Below, one piece after another: positions 36,041 through 46,886 of a DNA stretch of 64,000 bases. The position numbers and the translations under genes were made by a program. Source of the stretch: Octopus vulgaris (taxonomy: Eukaryota); NCBI GenBank assembly GCA_951406725.2, contig OX597818.1, positions 108,934,001 to 108,998,000 of the forward strand, written 5' to 3'. Within the stretch, counting starts at the first letter, position 1. The number at the start of each line of letters is the position of its first letter. The notes below the pieces were generated by a model. It saw nothing but the letters and a program-made list of their open reading frames with translations, ran no database searches and was not told the DNA's origin.

Positions 36041-36365
36041 ATATTGAAGCTGATATACATTGCAGGGACCCACCCAACCCATGTGAAAGAGAAAGGGAGA
36101 GAGTAAGAGAGAAGTGATTATACATATGAAAAATAGAACTCAATACATAAACTAGAGTGCTTCATGATGATAAGACCGATATGTGTTCTCAACTAAAATA
36201 ATATACAGACACAAACATGCCATGATATGCATAGAAATGATTACCTGAATATATACACACGGAGAAACACACATGTATATGTGTATAAGTTCACATATAT
36301 CCATGCATGCATAAATATATGTGTACACAAATATGTACGTGAATGTATGCATGTGTGTGTGTGTG

Positions 36366-36406
<41 letters not shown>

Positions 36407-37354
36407 TTGCTGCCATACACATATGTACATGCTTTAAACAGACAATGCTGACAGGAACATGGAGAGGCTAAAACTAAATAAAATACTTGGCCAGTGAGCT
36501 TCGTAGTGACTGGCTTATGGCACAAGAATACCTTTGAGAAGTAAGATTTTCTCTCTGCTTTTTGGTTGGTTCACATTTTTTTTTTTTGACTTCCTTTTTA
36601 TGATTTTATTTTTTCCTGAAGAAGAATAAAAGCAGAGAGAGACGGCACAGTGACGTATATTCCTAAAGTATATATGAGTGATTGAAAATGTGCATGTGTC
36701 CTGCTTTTCATTGCACAAACGGATACAGTGCTGACAACCAGATGCATTCTATCAATCAACGTGAACCCCCTGGGGTCTCAGAATAGGCCTGCTCAAATAC
36801 AATGAGAAAAGGAAGGAAAGGAGGAAAAAGCCTGCCAAAGAAGAAGAGTACAATGATAAAGATAACAAAAGATAACAATATCTAAAAAAAAAAATTAACC
36901 AGATCAAGAAGAAAAATAATTTTAAAACATAAGAAAACAATAAAAAAAAATCTAAAAGGAACAACAAAGAAGACAAAGAACCAGCAAACTACACACACAC
37001 ACTCACACACACACATGACAACAATAACAGCAACAAAAGGAGGAAGTCTAAAATAAAGATAAGGGCCAGGAGTGTTGCGGCAGCACAGTTAATGTGAGTG
37101 TGGTGTGGTGTACACTGGAAGAGAAATGCTGTACAAATAACATAAGGATGAAGAAAACAGTTGTGTGTGTGTGTGTAAGTGTGCACACATCTGTATGTGT
37201 GCATACTCATAAATACACACATACATCTGTATATTAGACATATGACACTCACACACACATACATGCTTCATATAAAGAATGAAAGATATATATATATATA
37301 GATAGATGTGAGTGTATGTGTATGTGTATGTGTATATATATATATATATATAAA

Positions 37355-37385
<31 letters not shown>

Positions 37386-37989
37386 CACACAGGTACGTCT
37401 GTATACAAGAAAGAAGAAACTAAATAGGAAGAGAAAGAACATAAAATTGCAGCAAAACGTAAAAGATTAGGATAAGATTAAGTAAGTAGCTTAATTTCAC
37501 TGGCTAAACTAAACACATGGATCAATATATTGCTTGGCTGTTTGCTTTGCTGACTCCTTTTTACATTGAGGGGGATTCTTTTTTTTTTTATTACGTGTGT
37601 ATGTCATTTTTATTTATTTTTGGTCTTTATTTTCTGTTAAGTTTGCCAAGATTCTACTAAACTGGTCACAGAACCGAAAAAAAAAAAGAAAGAAAAAAGA
37701 TGACGGAGGAAGAGAAGAAGGATGAGGAGGAACGAGAGAAAGAAAAACATATAAATATAAAAATGTTAAAAAAAAAAGAAGTTTTAAAAAATCAAAAAGC
37801 ATCAAATCAAATATCCAAAAAGGTTGCTGAGAGGTTGAAAATATTGGCTACAGGAGGGGAGAAAAATAAAGACAGAACAAATATGCAAATAAAGAATAAC
37901 TAAATAATTGAATGAATAAAATACAGGTTTTCATTCAAGTCAAAGAAGGTATCATTTATATTTATTGCAAGCAAACAAGGCAGCCTGTA

Positions 37990-38355
37990 TGTGGTTGTTT
38001 AAACTGCTAAAAATAGCAGCCAAACTTCTTCAGTTTCAAAAATAAACATTTTCACCAATATATTCCTAAATACATAGAAAAGCTGGCCATGCTTGGAATG
38101 GTGTTGTTCGCAAATATATTCAAACATAATTGACCTAACGATTAATCAACAACACAACATTCAAGCTAATGAGAGAGCCTTTATGTTACCACTCAATCTG
38201 CTAGACATAGAAGCCAAAACTCATTTAAATCACACCATGTTTTAATCAATAGAAGGATAAATAAATATCAGCAAAAAAGATATGATGGTCTTCACTGGAA
38301 TGCTTTTGATCATACATGCCTGACAAGAACAGGCCTAGGGCTAAACAACAGCAAT
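37990..38355 (+). repeat. Two copies of an old dispersed repeat with AAC tail (others near 16830-16995, 18965-19150, 27660-27830, and 62060-62215 on minus)
   Basis: Shared words ctgcta.aaatagcagccaaa, ctggaatgcttttgatca, gggctaaacaaca. Confidence 0.5.
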
Positions 38356-39075
38356 AGCAAAACCTTCAAGATTTTCCAAAATTAATAACAAATCAAATTC
38401 CTTTTATCTGTATGATACTAGAATTCCGATTCTGTTTGTCTGTCTATTCCACCATTTTAGGCAATACAGTTCATTGTGGATTTCAAATATTTACTAATGT
38501 ACTGCTTGACATAAACCCTTTTGCCTAAAATAAATTCCAGTGGGTTTCTGAGGCCTCTTAGCTCAAATAGAAGAATATCATCCTACATTATTTAAACATG
38601 GGAACTTCTTACCCATTATTGACAACAAAAGCGGGCGAAAAAAAACAAAAGACACTCACATGCAGTAGTAACACAGATGTATATACAAAATCAGCCAAAC
38701 ACATCAGCTGAATGTAATAAACATACACGACTTAGGGATGTATACACATTTAATAGAGAATGTCCACACACACAAACAGTTATTCAGTGCATGCACAAAC
38801 ACACACACACAATGCAACACATAGACAGAAACTAATTTTGTGAATGAAAATCTAGATAAGTTTATCAATTGTAAAGTGATGGGAACTTCCCATTGCCAGC
38901 AGACTGGGTATATATGCCTGTAGGAGTTAGATAACTTCGTTGACTCATAACTGAGCTGCACTTCAATATATATAAATGGCTGGAATGACTGGCATAAAAC
39001 ATTTTGTCTGAAATACTGAAATTTCTGTCAATTTGCCCACTTATGCTTACAGTACATGTGTGTGAAAATGATATA

Positions 39076-40636
39076 CACCTTGTCTGAAGACATTATGCAA
39101 ATTGGTATTTATTTTTAATAAAATGAATGTACATGTACATAAGAAGCTGAAATTTAAGGATGTTGGTATAAATGCTCTTTCTTAATTGTGGCTAAAATTT
39201 GACATACATCTGATCTGTTTGCCTTGAGTAATTGAGAATTTACTGAAATAGACTGCCTGGAGTTATTACGCAAATGTTGGAATTTATATTTTTACAGAGT
39301 TAATAATACGTTTTTGTTATTTTGCAGTTACTAATATAGTCATGGGTAAAAAGAAAGAATATTACAGTGTCTGAAGAGCAGGAAATAACTAAGCTTTTAA
39401 CTGATAGCATGACCCCTTTGAACATTTCGAAGCAGCTTGGCTGAGATCATCAAACCACCAAGAAAAAAATTGAAGATATAACAAAAAGAACAGGAAACCA
39501 AGGTCTGGAAAGGGTTCCAGGAACTTCTCCACGAGAGAGAAACATCAACTGAAATGCATTGTTGCTAAAAACCCACTACTCAGCCAGCAGTGATAAGGTA
39601 TTTAATATGGCTGGGATTCTTGGAATAAAGAGAGACAAAAGGTGTAGAGTCCTTCACGACATTGATTCTGTGAAAAAAATCTCCTCACCAGCCTCCTATA
39701 TTTCCAACTAATATTGATAAACGTCTAAAGTGGGCAAGAAAGAACTTAAAATCAGGTTTCAGAAACATCATATTCACTGACGAATCACGCGTCACATTAG
39801 ATGGTCCAGATGGATGAGCTAAAGGATGGGTTCTGTCCGGCCAAGATGCTCCTGTGACGAGAAGATGGCAACAAGGAGGTGGTGGTGTAATGATATGGGC
39901 TGGTATTGTTAATAGACCCATGATTGGTGTAAAACTCAACAGTACTAATTATTGTGAATTCTTGGATCAAACTTTCTTTGAATGGTACAAGCGTCAGCCT
40001 CACAGTTTCAAGATAAAGTGTATGTTTATGCATGACAATGCTCCATCACATGCTTCTTGCCTAACTCGTAAGTTTCCTGAGTGCAAACTATTTGCTGAAG
40101 ACAAAATAATGGAGTGACCACCGTCAAACTCTGACTTGAACCCAATAGCAAACCTCTGGTCAATCGTCAAACAGAAACTCTATGAAGGAGGCAAACAGTA
40201 CAACAGTAAGGTAGAACTGTGGGATGCTATACAAAGTATTACAGCTGCAGTTTCGCCAGATCAAATGGGAAAACTAACAAATTTGATGGACAACAGATTA
40301 GTAACGTTGATTGAAAAGAATGGTAGTTATATCAAATTGTTTCAACTATATATTTAAACATTGTCCTTTGAATTAGTAAAAAGTTCTTAATGGGTTCATA
40401 TGTTTTAATTGTCCTGATACGCAGAGCAAATAACGATTCCAACATTTGCGTAATAACTTCAGGCAGTCAGTTTCAGTAAATTCTTAATTACTCAAGGAAA
40501 ACAGATCAGATGTATGTAAAATTTTAGCCACAATTAAGAAAGAGCGTTTGTACCAACATCCTAAAATTTCAGCTTCCTATGTACATTCATTTTATTGAAA
40601 AAAAAAACGATTTGCATAATATCTTCAGACAAGGTG
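39076..40636 (+). mobile_element. Full-length Tc1-family DNA transposon (1561 bp), DD37E spacing, ~210-bp TIRs
   Basis: TA flanks (39074-39075, 40637-40638); termini CACCTTGTCTGAAGA / TCTTCAGACAAGGTG; TIRs about 39076-39283 and 40436-40636. Confidence 0.95.
39342..40357 (+). pseudogene. Tc1 transposase pseudogene (frameshifts, stops, catalytic E->A)
   Basis: MGKKKE start; IFTDESRVTLDGPDG*; QQGGGGVMIWAGI; FMHDNAPSH; *PPSNSDLNPIANLW. Confidence 0.92.
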
Positions 40637-40678
40637 TATTTTAAATATATATATATATATATATTTGCACATATATAC

Positions 40679-41020
40679 AGGTGCAGGAGTGGCTGTGTAG
40701 CACCTTGGGCAAGTGTCTTCTACTATATAGCCTTGTTCCAACTAAAGCCTTGTGAGTGGATTTGGTAGATGGAAACTCAAAGAAGCCCGTCGTATATATG
40801 TGTGTATATATATATGTGTGTGTGTGTGTGTGTTTGTCCCTCCACCATTGATTGACAACCGATGTCGGTGTGTTTATATTCTTGTAACTTAGCAGTTCAG
40901 CAAAAGAGACCGATAAAATAAGTACTAGGCTTACAAAGAATAAGTCGTGGGGTTGATTTGTTCAACTAAAGGTGGTGCTCCAGCACAGCCACAGTCAAAT
41001 GAATGAAACAAGTAAAAGAA
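40679..41020 (+). mobile_element. SINE family A (deletion in head)
   Basis: GGTGCAGGAGTGGCTGTG joined to CACCTTGGGCAAGTGTC; normal body and tail. Confidence 0.87.
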
Positions 41021-41046
41021 AAAAAGTATATACGTACATATATACA

Positions 41047-41098
<52 letters not shown>

Positions 41099-41149
41099 CA
41101 CACACACACACACAGACACACACACCTATATATATATATATATATATAT

Positions 41150-42058
41150 ATAGTGTAATAAATAAAATATATGCATACATACAAACATATATGTATGTAC
41201 CGACATCTACATGTATATATACATGCATATATAAATATATATACGTACATGACACCACAAAAAGACGTAAAACTCAACAGAAACGAAAACTGAAAAGCCA
41301 TTTTGTTACAACAGAAGGACAGAGACGTGGAACAGGATGAGAACGAAAACGGGAAAAACATTATTTACAACAGAAAAACAAGGTACAGGACATGCTACAC
41401 AAGTTTTTTTTTTGTTTTTTTTCATTTGTTTTCTTGTTTATTTTGATTTCTCATATTGTATTTTATTTCTCGTTTTGTATTTTCTTGTACATGTATTTTT
41501 AATTTTGTATTTTTATCTTGTATTTTATTGTGCAGTTCTATTGTTACGTCCCGGTTGTGTTACATTTTTTCGTGCTTGTTTTACCCCTCTGCGAGGTTAT
41601 TTTATTTTAATTCTCTCGCAGGAAGGCCTAGTATTGACGAGTCGTGTCCTGTCTTGCCTTCGAAACACGCTTAAGTCTACTAGTGACAACTGATGAAGGG
41701 GATTTTTCCTTGTGTAGCATGTCCTGTACCTTGTTTTTCTGTTGTAAATAATGTTTTTCCTGTTTTCGTTCTCATCCTGTTCCACGTCTCTGTCCTTCTG
41801 TTGTAACAAAATGACTTTTCCGTTTTCGTTTCTGTTGAGTTTTACGTCTTTTTGTGGTGTCCTGTACGTATATATATTTATATATGCATGTATATATACA
41901 TGTAGATGTCGGTACGTACACATATGTTTGTATGTATGCATATATTTTATTTATTACACTATTGTCTGACAGCGCTTCGCGTCGTGGCTCGTTCGAATTT
42001 TCGAATTTCCGAATTTTCGCTTTGTTCCGTCTTCTTATCCTGCCAGTATTGTTTTATT
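41150..42058 (+). mobile_element. Penelope-like insertion with ~254-bp near-perfect inverted arms (41150-41403 / 41709-41962)
   Basis: Arms are reverse complements with few mismatches; the spacer carries CCTTCGAAAC...GTC and CTGATGAAGGGG hammerhead-like words; flanked by (TA)n. Confidence 0.65.
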
Positions 42059-42079
42059 ATATATATATATATATATATT

Positions 42080-42363
42080 ATGGAAATGTACTTTCATAGC
42101 AAGTGACATGATCTGAGATTGTGTGCTGGAACAAAAACAATTACAGTATGGAAGGTGTTTATAAGCCATTTAAAAACACCCGAAAACCGTTAGATTCACT
42201 TCAACATTTAAATTTAATTTGCCAAAATATTTTCGTCACTTTGAGACCGCAATCTGTTCACTGACAAAATTCTGTGCAGTAAATTAAATTGAAATGTTGA
42301 AGTGAATCTAACGGTTTTTGTTTGTTTCTTAAATGGCTTATAATCACAATCTACACCGCAATT

Positions 42364-42365
<2 letters not shown>
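42080..42365. mobile_element. Short Penelope-like repeat with ~60-bp inverted arms (42161-42220 / 42281-42341)
   Basis: ataagccatttaa...ccgttagattcacttcaacattt vs aaatgttgaagtgaatctaacgg...ttaaatggcttat; in (TA)n. Confidence 0.55.
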
Positions 42366-42407
<42 letters not shown>

Positions 42408-42495
42408 CTACAAAATTAGAAAATGGAGAAACATACTTATGTTATCCCATGGTGGGTTGAATTTTCAACCCCTATCTCATTTTATAATATATATA

Positions 42496-44057
42496 TCATC
42501 ATCATCATCATCATCATCATCGTTTAACGTCCGCTTTCCGCGCTAGCACGGGTTGGACGGTTTGACCGGGTCTGGGAAGCCAGGGGCCGCTCCAGGCTCC
42601 AGTCTGAATCTGGCAGAGTTTCTACGGCTGGATGCCCTTCCTAACGCCAACCACTCCGTGAGTGGATTGGGTGCTTTTTACGTGCCACCTGCACAGGGGC
42701 CGGAGGGTCCGGCATCGTCACGATCGGATTCGAGCATTTTAACGTGTCAGCGGCACGGGGGCAACGAGGTCCGGGGTACTTTGGGGATTGGGGTATTTTG
42801 GGGATCCAGGGTACTTTGGGGATCCGGGGTACTTTGGGGATCCGGGGTACTTAGAATGGGTAGGGGGGTACTTAGAATGGGTAGGGGGTATGTGGAATTG
42901 CTGCAGAAAGCAGCCCGGGTCTTTGTAGTCACAGCATATCTCCAGAGATCTCGGTCCTTCGCCATTGCCTCAGTGAGGCCCAATGCTCTGAGGTCATGCT
43001 TGACCACCTCATCCCATGTCTTCCTGGGTCTACCTCTCCCCCTGATACCTTCAACTGTTTGGGAGTGGCACTTCTTCACACATCTCTCTTCATCCATCCG
43101 CAGCACATGACCATACCATCGCAAGCGTCGCTCTTGCACACCACATCTGATGCTTCTTATATCCAGCATTTCTCTCAGGATACTTACACTCTGTTTTGCG
43201 TGCACACTGACACTACACATCCAGCGGATCATGCTAGCTTCATTTCTTTCAAGTCTACGCATGTCTTCTGCAGTCACAGCCCATGTTTCATTACCGTGAA
43301 GCATGGCAGTTCGCACACATGCATCATATAATCTACCTTTTGCTCTGAGGGAGAGGCCTTTTGTTGCCAGTAGGGGTAGGAGCTTTCTGAACTTTGCCCA
43401 GGCTATTCGTATTCTAGTGGTGATACTCTCTGTGCATCCACCTCCGCTACTAACTTGGTCTCCCAGGTAGCGGAAACTATCAACTACTTCTAGTTTCTCT
43501 CCCTGGAGTGTGATGGAATCTGTTTTCTGAGTGTCTGTTGTGTCTATTGTCCCTGTGCATCTGCCGCACATGAAAGCTATCTTATCTGTTAATTTCCCTT
43601 TAATGTTGCTGCACCTCTTATGTGTCCATAACTTACATTGGGTGCATCTTATGGAGTTTCTACCTGTACCTTTCCTACAGGTTGAGCAGGGCCACCTACC
43701 CGAGGGGATGTGTGTTGAGTACCTCTTGCTGCTTACTAATACTTTGGTCTTTGCTACATTTATTCTAAGGCCCTTTGATTCCAACCCTTGCTTCCATACC
43801 CGAAATTTCTCTTCTAGTTCCGGTAGTGATTCTGCTATGAGAGCTAGGTCATCGGCATAGAGGAGCTCCCAGGGGCATCCCGTTTTGAATTCCTCTGTTA
43901 TTGCTTGAAGTACTATGATGAACAAAAGGGGACTGAGGGCTGAGCCCTGGTGCACACCTACTTCTACTCGGAATTCTTCACTATATTCGTTGCCAATCCT
44001 AACCTTGCTAACAGCCTCTCTGTATAGAGCCTGTACAGCCCTTATTAGCCATTCTTC
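42496..44057 (-). mobile_element. Young 5'-truncated RTE-clade LINE
   Basis: Open RT frame, 3' UTR, (GAT)n tail at 42496-42521, inserted in TA-rich sequence. Confidence 0.96.
42747..44057 (-). CDS. RTE reverse transcriptase C-terminal half with internal PHD-type zinc finger (true start missing)
   Basis: GVHQGSALSPLLF, LLYADD, GLRINVAKTK, CSTC/CTQC/HKRC/CGRC, FRYLG, LRWYGHV, GRGRPRKTW. Confidence 0.9.
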   Translation of the reverse strand, partial: EEWLIRAVQALYREAVSKVRIGNEYSEEFRVEVGVHQGSALSPLLFIIVLQAITEEFKTGCPWELLYADDLALIAESLPELEEKFRVWKQGLESKGLRINVAKTKVLVSSKRYSTHIPSGRWPCSTCRKGTGRNSIRCTQCKLWTHKRCSNIKGKLTDKIAFMCGRCTGTIDTTDTQKTDSITLQGEKLEVVDSFRYLGDQVSSGGGCTESITTRIRIAWAKFRKLLPLLATKGLSLRAKGRLYDACVRTAMLHGNETWAVTAEDMRRLERNEASMIRWMCSVSVHAKQSVSILREMLDIRSIRCGVQERRLRWYGHVLRMDEERCVKKCHSQTVEGIRGRGRPRKTWDEVVKHDLRALGLTEAMAKDRDLWRYAVTTKTRAAFCSNSTYPLPILSTPLPILSTPDPQSTPDPQSTLDPQNTPIPKVPRTSLPPCR

Positions 44058-44479
44058 ATATATATATATATATATATATACATACATACACATTTCACCA
44101 CCAGTGGCCTAGCATGTACCAAAAGTCAATATAAAATAGTGTACATTTAAACACAAGAGAAAACTACATTTAACAGGTCAATTTTACATGCTAGAAGAAG
44201 CAGTCAAAACGACCAAAACCCCATTTAAGAGCAATTTTCGAAGGGAATGAAAAATAAAAACTTTTACCTCGTTATTTTTTTTACGGTTATACCTAAGTTT
44301 CAGATTTCTTTAGCAAATAAAATAAAATTTGCTAGGCGAATCCTCATCAGTAACTCTACCATAACAGTAACATATAATTTAGAGACAAATAACACGTGTC
44401 TCATCATTATATGTTATGATTTTTCAAAATTCCCCACGCAACTACAGTTTCAGTCGGCAGCATATGAAAAATGCTGAAC

Positions 44480-45100
44480 CGATCTTCGAAATGCTAAAAC
44501 TGGCTGAACTGATGAGGCATGAGACAAGTAGAAGTGAATGGGAGAAAAGAAACAGATGTATGGATAGATAAAGACTGCAAGAGTCTATGGAACAGTGAAA
44601 GATGGAAAATGGGTGAAGGGTTGAAATAATGAAGAACAAATGTGGAGTGGATAAAAATTAAGAGAACTAGGGAAGAGTAGGTGACAACTGTAGAAATTGC
44701 ATAAGGTTTAAGAAGCAGATGTAGTGAATGTTGGATGAAGAAGACCAATGAAGCATGGGAGGGGAGAAGAGAAACAGAATAGTAACAGATATGGGACGGA
44801 TGGAAAGAGAGAAGGAGAGAGTGATGATGATGCTGGTGGTGGTTAGGTAGATTGTAAGAGTGTGGAAGGCAGAGGCTGATATAATGCATGGAGAGAGTGA
44901 GAGACATCTGGTGGTGGTGAAGGTGAAATGATTTGATGGTTGGGGGTAGGGAATGTAAAGAGTGGATGGACAGGACAATATTAAAGATGAGGGTTAGGGT
45001 TCTTGGCAGTGAAAAAGATTAATGGCATCAAGGAAATGATGTAGTTAGGGAGATGAAAGGTAGGGAGGGTGTCTTGAGAGAGGAAATTCGGCAAAGGATG
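44480..45100 (-). mobile_element. Pyrimidine-rich (minus strand) decayed repeat, possibly a Penelope GIY-YIG relic
   Basis: Strong strand skew like 52500-53400 and 58650-59200; only faint PSNHF-type residue hints. Confidence 0.25.
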
Positions 45101-45189
45101 CAGGTGTGTGCATACATTTATACATTTAAACAGAGTGCTTCCAGAAATTAGATTTGCTGAGTTAGGTGAATCTTGACACGAACCACATA

Positions 45190-45680
45190 TTGACAGTCAT
45201 CCTGGTCTCTTACCACCTCCCTTGTGAGGTTCAAGGTCCTGAGATCAGCCTTTCTCACTCTGTCCCATGTCCTCCTGGGCCGTGATATTCTGGAAGCTCT
45301 ATTCACATTAAGTGATCAGCACTTCTTTATACAACTATCCTCACCCAAATGCATCATATGTCCATACCAGGGGCAGTCTTCTCTCTTGCACGCAGCATCT
45401 CATCCCTCTTATGTCCAGTTTTTCTCTCAACATATTTGTGATATGCCACTCATCTACGCTTAAATTGTAAATCCAATGGAGTATATTCCCTTCATTTATT
45501 TCCAATCTTCTCAACTTTATATTCAAGGACCATCTCTCCCTACCATACAGCATTGCAGTTCTAACAGAGCATCATACAATCTGCCCTTTACTCTGAGGGA
45601 AAACACCTTTGTTTCCAGCAGCAGTAGGAGCTTCCTCAACATTTTCTTGCCTAATTTTAGCCTGGCTTCCATACCTTTGG
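45190..45680 (-). mobile_element. Decayed RTE fragment
   Basis: FSLRVKGRLYDA, MLYGRERW, LREKLDIRGMRCCVQERRL in shifted frames. Confidence 0.85.
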
Positions 45681-45699
45681 AGCAACACATTAAAGGCAC

Positions 45700-45895
45700 T
45701 AATACCAGTGACGACACATGGAAGGCACCCTGTACACTCTATGGAGTGGTTGGTATTAGGCAGGGTACCCAGCCAGAGAAGCCATGCCAAAACAGCCTGG
45801 AGCTTGGTGCAGCTCTCTGGCTTACCAGTTCCAGTGAAACCATTTTATCCATGCCAGCATGGAAAAATGGACACTAAATGATAGTGATGAAGATG
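45700..45895 (+). mobile_element. RTE 3' UTR fragment
   Basis: ccatgccagcatggaaaaatggacactaaatgatagtgatg terminus. Confidence 0.75.
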
Positions 45896-46149
45896 ACCTT
45901 CCTGCTAATTACATCTCTTAGGTAACAAAAGCTATCGACTACTTCCAGTGAGCCACCTGAGTATTTCATACAGAGCACTTATCGCATACGAAGCTTACTT
46001 TCTCTGTGATTTTACCAATGAATACACAATGCCTTTTCTGAGTCCATAGCTTGCAGTGGGCTCAGCACATGGAGTTGTATCTACACCTGTCGTGCATACT
46101 AAGCCAGGCCATTTCCCTGAAGATACCAGCGTTCTGTCTTCTTTCTTGC

Positions 46150-46640
46150 TAATGTCTGTTTTCCATGTTGGTATGGGTTGGACAGGTTGACATAGAGCTG
46201 GCATGCTGGCCAGGCTCCAATTGTCTTCTTTTGGCACAGTTTCTATGACTGGATGCCCTTCCTAATGCCAACCACTTAATAGAGTGTGCTGGGTGCTCTT
46301 TACGTGCCACCGGTATGGGTGCATTGACACAGCACTGGCACAGGCGCATTTATGCAGCACCTGAAAGCACAAGCTTGTATGTATGGAAGACAATGAGTTT
46401 ACTTCACTTGACACATCTTTTCAAGCAGAGCAAACATCACATCTCCCGGTCCCTCATCATTTCCTCAATGAGACCCAGCATCCAAAAATCCTTTCTCAAT
46501 ACTTTGTCCCACATCTTACCCCTACCACAGGTACTCTCCACAATTAGAGCTCAGCACTTCTTTACACAACCGTCCTTATCCATACTCATCCCATGACCAA
46601 ACCAGCAGTCTTCTCTCTTGCACACAACATGTGATACCTC
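46150..46640 (-). mobile_element. Decayed RTE ORF end + 3' UTR
   Basis: ctggatgcccttcctaatgccaaccac; ccatgaccaaaccagcagtcttctctcttgcacac (QERRLLVWS-like). Confidence 0.8.
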
Positions 46641-46886
46641 AGATGAGATGATTACTTGCATTTCTCTCATCTCCTCTACTTTCAGCAGGGTTTGTTTTTT
46701 CACTGTTCGTTTTGTTCCCCCTAAGGCACTTTCTATGCATTACCCATTCATTTGTCTTGTCTTAGAGCTGTAAGGCCTTATTTATATAATGTATACTTAT
46801 TTTATCTTGTTTGCATGTTCACAGTTTCTTGCCCTTGTTCTAATCCCTGTCCCCTCTCCGTTTAGATTCCTAGCACATTCTCACCA

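Noticed and set aside
42553-43860. Plus-strand ORFs over the RTE
   Set aside because: Antisense shadows of the RT frame.
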